Assembly (NCBI GenBank): GCA_942493095.1
Contig: OW818675.1
Span: forward strand, 3,000,001 to 3,032,000
Direction: 5' to 3'
From: Candidatus Electronema halotolerans
Lineage (GTDB): Bacteria; Desulfobacterota; Desulfobulbia; Desulfobulbales; Desulfobulbaceae
DNA length: 32,000 nucleotides
Positions 26,867-32,000 of this stretch are shown one piece after another. A model generated the notes under the pieces. That model had not been told where the DNA came from, did not search any database, and saw only the letters and a program-made list of their open reading frames with translations. Each line of letters starts with the position of its first letter. Position 1 is the stretch's first letter. Position numbers and translations under genes: made by a program.

Positions 26867-27503
26867 TTTTGGCACCTCCTATTGCAAGGTGCTGGACACA
26901 GAAGGAGACGCGGCCCCAAGAATCATTCCAGCCCGCGACCTGCCCCGCGACTTTCAAGCCGATATTGGCACTGGCCATAATGCCAAACGGCGGAGCAGAC
27001 GGACAGTCAACGAGCTGACCGCTTTGGCCAAAGGCGGCCTGAAGCTGATCGGGGAGCCGGATTTTGTTCTTCTTGATTGCGGCAGCCGGGACATTAAATT
27101 TGTCCGCTTCAAGAACGGTCAGATGGAGGACATGGGCTGGAACGCCGAGTGCGGGGCTTCAATGGGGTTCACCATCGAGCTGTTAGCCACCTATTATCGG
27201 ATTGATTATGCGCAGGTGCCGCTGCCGGACAGCGGCTTTTCCGTGACCTGCGGTGTACTCGGCCTGAGCTGCATTTTTGATGCGGTGGCTGCTGGCTCTT
27301 CCGAGCTGGAAGCGGCAGGAAAATTTGTCCGGGGCATTGCCCGCAATGCGTGGCGTTTTGCCGGATCACCGGAAAAACTTTATCTCTCCGGCGGGCTGTG
27401 CGACAATTCGCTCTTCACAGCCTGTTTTCCCTGCGAGCTGATTCCATTGGGCCGCTTTGTCCTGTTGGAGGGACTCCTGCTGCTGGACAGAGGAGCTGGC
27501 TGA
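26853..27503 (+). CDS. BadF/BadG/HgdC-type ASKHA ATPase-like (dehydratase activase-like) protein
   Basis: MLLADFGTSYCKVLD (phosphate 1), LLDCGSRDIKFVRFKNGQMEDMGWNAECGASMGF (phosphate 2-like + Cys), VTCGVLGLSC, LYLSGGLCDN (adenosine motif). Confidence 0.65.
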   Translation: MLLADFGTSYCKVLDTEGDAAPRIIPARDLPRDFQADIGTGHNAKRRSRRTVNELTALAKGGLKLIGEPDFVLLDCGSRDIKFVRFKNGQMEDMGWNAECGASMGFTIELLATYYRIDYAQVPLPDSGFSVTCGVLGLSCIFDAVAAGSSELEAAGKFVRGIARNAWRFAGSPEKLYLSGGLCDNSLFTACFPCELIPLGRFVLLEGLLLLDRGAG

Positions 27504-27510
27504 AGCATGA

Positions 27511-28814
27511 GGGTTCCTCGAAAAATACAACATCCATTCTGCTGCATTTGTTTTGTTATTTTTTATTTTAATATTGAAATTTCAGTCTATTATGTTATAA
27601 TTTCGGCATCAATTCAACTCATGCTGCCGGAGATGCACAGATGAACCAACTTGGATTTTTTGATTTTTATATTCGTCTTTCCCGAATTGACAAAGCAGGT
27701 GATCCTTTAGTTAAGATCAACAAGGCTATTGACTGGGAAATATTTCGGCCAATTCTTGAAGAAGCAAAAAGAAAGCCTGTGAAATCAAATGCTGGAGCTA
27801 AAGGTTATGATTCAGTCATGATGTTCAAAATTTTAATTTTGCAATCATTATACAATCTTTCTGATAAAGGGATGGAATATCAAATTCTTGACAGATATTC
27901 GTTTTCCAGATTCCTTGGACTTCGGGCGGCTGACAAAGTTCCAGATGCGACAACGATATGGCTTTTTCGTGAAACTTTGACCAAAGCAGGAAAAATCGAG
28001 GAACTGTTTTCTGTTTTTGACGAATTTCTTGATGAAAATGGATATCAAGCCAGAAAAGGGCAGATAGTCGACGCTTCCATAGTCAACGCCCCGATCCAGC
28101 GTAACAGCCGCAAGGAAAACAAGCAGATCAAGAATGGTGAACAGCCTGAAGGATGGAGTGAGAATAAGCAGGCGCAGAAGGATACTGATGCCCGTTGGAC
28201 CAAAAAGAACGGCAGAAGCTTTTTGGTTATAAAAATCATATATCTGTTGATGTGAAGCATAAATTCATCCGAAAATATGCGGTGACCAGCGCCGAGGTTC
28301 ATGACAGCAATATTTTTGAGGAGCTGCTTGACCCTGACAACACCAGTCGGGATATCTATGCGGATTCGGCATACAGATCTGAAAAAAAGCTCAACTGGTT
28401 GAACGAGAATGGATACAGAGAGCATCTGAACCGCAAAGGAACACGAAGCCGGAAACTGACCGAATGGGAGAAGCAGGGAAATCGGACAAGATCAAAAATT
28501 CGCTCCCGGATTGAACACGTCTTCGGCATCCAGGCGCAACGTGCTGGCAATATGATTCTCCGAGGAACAGGTTTCATTCGCGCTGCTGCGAAAATAGGCT
28601 TGAGAAACTTGACGTTCAATATTGACAGGTACGGAACTCTTAATAAAATTTAAGATTTAAAAAAAAGAAACGCATTCAGGAACATATTTCAACGGAAGTT
28701 TGCTCAAAATAAATAAAAAACAGGAAATAACAATTTATGTATTTGAAATTTTCAACTGTCAAAGACACTATTGATAAGCTGAAAAAACTTTATCTCAAAT
28801 TTTTCGAGGTTCCC
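27511..28814 (+). mobile_element. IS5-family insertion sequence with 4-bp target duplication
   Basis: TIRs GGGTTCCTCGAAAAAT (27511-27526) vs reverse complement of 28799-28814, GGGAACCTCGAAAAAT (14/16). Direct repeat ATGA at 27507-27510 and 28815-28818. Confidence 0.87.
27641..28653 (+). pseudogene. IS5-family transposase, frameshifted (27641-28255 and 28195-28653)
   Basis: N-terminal part ...VPDATTIWLFRETLTKAG...IVDASIVNAPIQRN; C-terminal part LFGYKNHISVDVKHKFIRKYAVT...YADSAYRS...RIEHVFG lies in the -1 frame. Confidence 0.88.
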
Positions 28815-28885
28815 ATGAAAAAAGGCCGGAGACAGAAAGTATCCGGCCTGAAGAGCATCACACTCAGAATCAGAATGGCTGCGGC

Positions 28886-29521
28886 TCAGTTGCCCTTGTC
28901 AGCCTCATTACGACTGTCTTTGGGCGGCTTCATGTCAGTGCCGTGACAGCGGACGCAGCTATCCTGATCGGTGACTGCAAAGGCGGTTGAACCGTCGTGG
29001 CAGGTGCCGCAGTATTTGCCTTGGCCTAAAGAGGCCATGTTGAAATCGCCCTTTGCCTTGGCCGCGCCTGCGGTCTGCTGAAAAATGCTGTTGTGGCAGT
29101 CCGTGCAGTTGAACCCAGCCTTTTCCACGTGAAATGTATGACTGAAAAGGATGCTGTCATCTGTCGGCATGGCTGCCGGATCCGTTATGACCTTTGCCGG
29201 TGCGGCAGCAGGTTTTTCAGCCGCTGGCGGTGGTTCCTTCGGAAGAGAAGGTGGCTCAGATGCCTGTTTAGCCATCTGCTGAAGTTCCGGCGGCAGTTTC
29301 GAATTCTTCGCTTGCAGCTTCTGAAGCTCCGGCGGCAGATGTGCAGTCTCTGCCTTTTCTAATTTTTGAAGCTCCGGCGGCAGCGGAGCCTCAGCCCCCC
29401 GCAGCATAGGTAGAATGTTCTTGCCCGGCTTCTCAGTCTGTCCTGCGGCAGAGAAACATAAGCCAAGGCAAACAGCCGTAGCCATGCCAATAATACAACC
29501 TGTTCTGGTTCTTGATTTCAT
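28886..29521 (-). CDS. c7-type triheme cytochrome, exported
   Basis: Start taken at MKSRTRTGCIIG; signal-like segment; CTDCH, CGTCH, CVRCH heme motifs with HTFH; PPELQ repeats upstream of the heme domain. Confidence 0.88.
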   Translation of the reverse strand: MKSRTRTGCIIGMATAVCLGLCFSAAGQTEKPGKNILPMLRGAEAPLPPELQKLEKAETAHLPPELQKLQAKNSKLPPELQQMAKQASEPPSLPKEPPPAAEKPAAAPAKVITDPAAMPTDDSILFSHTFHVEKAGFNCTDCHNSIFQQTAGAAKAKGDFNMASLGQGKYCGTCHDGSTAFAVTDQDSCVRCHGTDMKPPKDSRNEADKGN

Positions 29522-29890
29522 CAAGTTATCCTCTTTAAGCGAGTCCAAATCAAAAAATGCCAATTTTTTCGACTTGATATCGAGATTATCCTTCGTAGCT
29601 GCCGCTTCAGTCCCGACTTTTAAACTTATCGAAGTTTACAGAACACTTCAAGAGATTTCGTAAAAAATATGCGAATTCAAGTTCTAAGTGCAACTTTTCA
29701 GCAGGCTCATGAGAACAGTTCTTTCAGTCATGTTGAATCCTAAAGATTTCAGCAATCTGCCGCTGATTTTTCATAAAAACGGTTATGGGTTGCCTATCTT
29801 AACCAGTTAATCTGACAGCGTTTCGATGAGTTGTGTGCGTTCTCATTCATGCGCCTCTTACAGGATGGTAAAAATTGCATTATCATGCTG

Positions 29891-30037
29891 TCAGAACGCG
29901 CTTTTTTTTCTGCTTTGAAAAAAGTTATTTGAATCCAAACTTATAGCCTCCTTTTCCAGATGCTTGCGGATACCGGCCTGCTTCAGCACTGAATCCGCAA
30001 GTATTTCTCCCAGAGCAGTTTTCCTGCTGCTGCTCAT
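29891..30037 (-). CDS. possible 48-aa ORF overlapping the nifS stop (ATGA)
   Basis: MSSSRKTALGEILADSVLKQAGIRKHLEKEAISLDSNNFFQSRKKSAF; the ATG overlaps the nifS TGA. No homology support. Confidence 0.25.
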   Translation of the reverse strand: MSSSRKTALGEILADSVLKQAGIRKHLEKEAISLDSNNFFQSRKKSAF

Positions 30038-31215
30038 TCCTGCCAGAACGGCGACATTTCCCGCAATCCTGCAATGATTTCCGGCATTTTCGCCAAGACA
30101 AAATCCACTTCCTCCTCAGTGTTGTAAATTGAGAGACTGAAGCGGATCGAACCGTGCGCGGCGGTGAAGGGCACGCCCATTGCCCGAAGGACGTGGGACG
30201 GTTCCAGCGAACCGGAGGTGCAGGCCGAGCCGGACGAGGCGCAGATATTATGCCGGTTCATGTGGAGAAGGATGGCCTCGCCTTCGACGTACTCAAAGCT
30301 GATGTTGCTGGTGTTGGGCAGCCGCTGCTCGGCGTGGCCGTTGCGCATGGATTTGGGCACCGCCGCCAGCAGACCCTGCTCCAGCTTGTCGCGCAGAGCA
30401 CGGACCCGCGTGTTTTCCTCTGCCATCCTCTGCCCGGCAAGCTCACAGGCCTTGCCCAAGCCGACAATTGCCGCCACGTTCTCGGTGCCGCCCCGGCGGC
30501 CCTTTTCCTGATGCCCGCCGTGCAAAAATGGAACAAATGGCGTTCCCTTGCGCACATAGAGCGCGCCAATGCCTTTTGGCGCATGGAGCTTGTGGCCGGA
30601 CAGGGAGAGAAAATCAATTTGATTGCTCTTCATGTTGATTGGCACCTTGCCCACGGCCTGCACTGCATCTGTGTGGAAAAGGATGCCGCGCTCCTTAGCC
30701 ATGACCGCCATCTCCTCCACCGGAAAGATGACCCCGGTCTCGTTGTTGGCCCACATGATTGAAGCGATGGCAGTGTTGTCGGCAAGAGCCTCGTAATAGC
30801 TGTCTATATTGAGGGTGCCGTCCTCTGCCACACCAAGGCGGGTTGTGTGATACTGATGACCGGTTAGCTGGCCGAGATTCTCGCAGAGATTTTTGACTGC
30901 CGGATGCTCGACTTTGGTGGTCACCAACTGCCGCTTGTCTTGGTAGGATTGAAGGGCGGAGAGAATGGCAGTGGAGTCGCTTTCTGTGCCGCAGCTAGTG
31001 AAAACGATTTCCTCCGGCTCCGCGCCGAGCAGCTCGGCGACGTGGCCGCGAGCCTCAGCCACCACCCGCCCGACTTGGCCGCCAAAACTGTGCATGGACG
31101 AGGGATTGCCGTAGCAGTCGCTGAGAAAGGGCAGCATCGCCTCCAGCACTTCCGGGGCAATCCGGGTGGTGGCGTTGTTGTCCATGTAGATGACCTTGCT
31201 TGCGTCGCAGTCCAT
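30034..31215 (-). CDS. nifS: cysteine desulfurase (NifS/IscS)
   Basis: YMDNNATTRIAPEV, FTSCGTESDS, HTDAVQAVGK, SLSGHKLHAPKG, ICASSGSACTSG. Confidence 0.95.
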   Translation of the reverse strand: MDCDASKVIYMDNNATTRIAPEVLEAMLPFLSDCYGNPSSMHSFGGQVGRVVAEARGHVAELLGAEPEEIVFTSCGTESDSTAILSALQSYQDKRQLVTTKVEHPAVKNLCENLGQLTGHQYHTTRLGVAEDGTLNIDSYYEALADNTAIASIMWANNETGVIFPVEEMAVMAKERGILFHTDAVQAVGKVPINMKSNQIDFLSLSGHKLHAPKGIGALYVRKGTPFVPFLHGGHQEKGRRGGTENVAAIVGLGKACELAGQRMAEENTRVRALRDKLEQGLLAAVPKSMRNGHAEQRLPNTSNISFEYVEGEAILLHMNRHNICASSGSACTSGSLEPSHVLRAMGVPFTAAHGSIRFSLSIYNTEEEVDFVLAKMPEIIAGLREMSPFWQE

Positions 31216-32000
31216 CAGCGTGCCTCCTCGACAATCAGGGTTTCGGCCACCTGCTCGCGCAGTTTCTTTTCCACGTAATTCTTGAGCGTGGTGAATGAGG
31301 ATTGACAGCGGGCGCAGGCTCCGCGCAGGGAGACCGTGACAATATCGCCTTCAACATCAATCAGCTCAATATCGCCGCCGTCCTTTTTCAGGGTGGGACG
31401 AATCTCCCGTTCGATCACCTCTTCAATTTTTTTGATTTTCTGGAGGGTGGTCATGCGCGGTGTCTTGACTGGGACCGTCTTTGCCCCTGCCAGCTCCTGC
31501 ACGGTCTGCTGGAGCAGTTCGCGCAGCCGGTCTTCGCACTTGCCGCAGCCGCCGCCCGCCTTGGTGTAGTTGGTGATTTCCTCGACCGAGCGCAGGCTTG
31601 ATTCACGGATGGCATGGATGATCTCCAGATCAGTCACGCCAAAGCATTCGCAGACCACATTGCCCTGCGCCATAGGCAGGATCACGCCCCGATAGTTGGC
31701 AATGGCCGCTTCCAAGGCTTCCCGGCCCATGACTGAGCAGTGCATCTTCTCCTTGGGCAGGCCGCCGAGCGCGTCAGCAATGTCCTGATTGGTGATCTTG
31801 GCCGCTTCGTCAATCGACATGCCTTTGATCAGCTCGGTCAGCACCGAGGAGGAGGCAATGGCTGAGGCGCAGCCAAAGGTTTTAAATTTTGCGTCCGTGA
31901 TGATGCCGTCCGCATCCACCTGAATGGTCAGCTTGAGCGCGTCGCCGCAGGCCAAAGAGCCGACCTCGCCAGTGCCGCTCGGCTTGTCCAGCACGCCGAC
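31215..32000 (-). CDS. nifU: Fe-S cluster assembly scaffold NifU (N-terminus beyond window)
   Basis: IscU-like domain, BFD-like [2Fe-2S] region (CECFGVTD...GGGCGKC) and NfuA-like C-terminus (LKKDGGDIELIDVEGD...CARCQ). The frame stays open to 32000. Confidence 0.93.
   Translation of the reverse strand, partial: VGVLDKPSGTGEVGSLACGDALKLTIQVDADGIITDAKFKTFGCASAIASSSVLTELIKGMSIDEAAKITNQDIADALGGLPKEKMHCSVMGREALEAAIANYRGVILPMAQGNVVCECFGVTDLEIIHAIRESSLRSVEEITNYTKAGGGCGKCEDRLRELLQQTVQELAGAKTVPVKTPRMTTLQKIKKIEEVIEREIRPTLKKDGGDIELIDVEGDIVTVSLRGACARCQSSFTTLKNYVEKKLREQVAETLIVEEAR

Noticed and set aside
26081-26875. 264-aa minus-strand ORF
   Set aside because: Antisense to the 26105-26866 gene, which sits in a collinear, overlapping + strand series.
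28670-28715. Initial candidate right end of the IS5 element at the GTTCCT-like sequence near 28690
   Set aside because: Only 6 bp matched the left end. The site at 28799-28814 gives 14/16 TIR identity plus an exact ATGA duplication.
28737-28946. 69-aa plus-strand ORF after the IS5 transposase
   Set aside because: Crosses the IS5 right terminus and TSD into the flank and overlaps antisense the cytochrome; no RBS or homology.

Overview
Bacterial chromosomal window, with gene content and codon usage that look like a deltaproteobacterial/Desulfobulbales-type sulfate reducer (inference only). Housekeeping core: tRNA-Gln, prs, rplY, hrpA, cimA, a purD-purE fusion, tsaC, three csp genes, an ABC-F ATPase, a DEAD-box helicase, yqgE, kdsA-kdsC-lptC, and nifU-nifS (nifU is cut by the window end). 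Accessory content: an IS1-family, an IS200/IS605-family and an IS5-family element, a secreted WD40 plus caspase-like (C14) protein, and a triheme c7-type cytochrome. The observations most worth following up are: (1) one palindrome family, GTAGGGG-N14-CCCCTAC, found in-frame inside hrpA and again inside a 108-bp inverted-repeat-bounded element between the caspase gene and cimA; (2) a 24-bp-period array of five hairpins between the convergent TPR and caspase genes; (3) a partial tsaC + csp tandem duplication in which only one copy carries an IS200/IS605 insertion, so the other acts as an empty-site control; (4) conserved 5'-leader hairpins on the csp genes; (5) nested inverted repeats downstream of hrpA; (6) an extra IS1-type terminus; (7) a divergent BadF/HgdC-type ASKHA protein paired with an unknown partner. 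I found no CRISPR array, retron, DGR or recognisable complete novel defence system.
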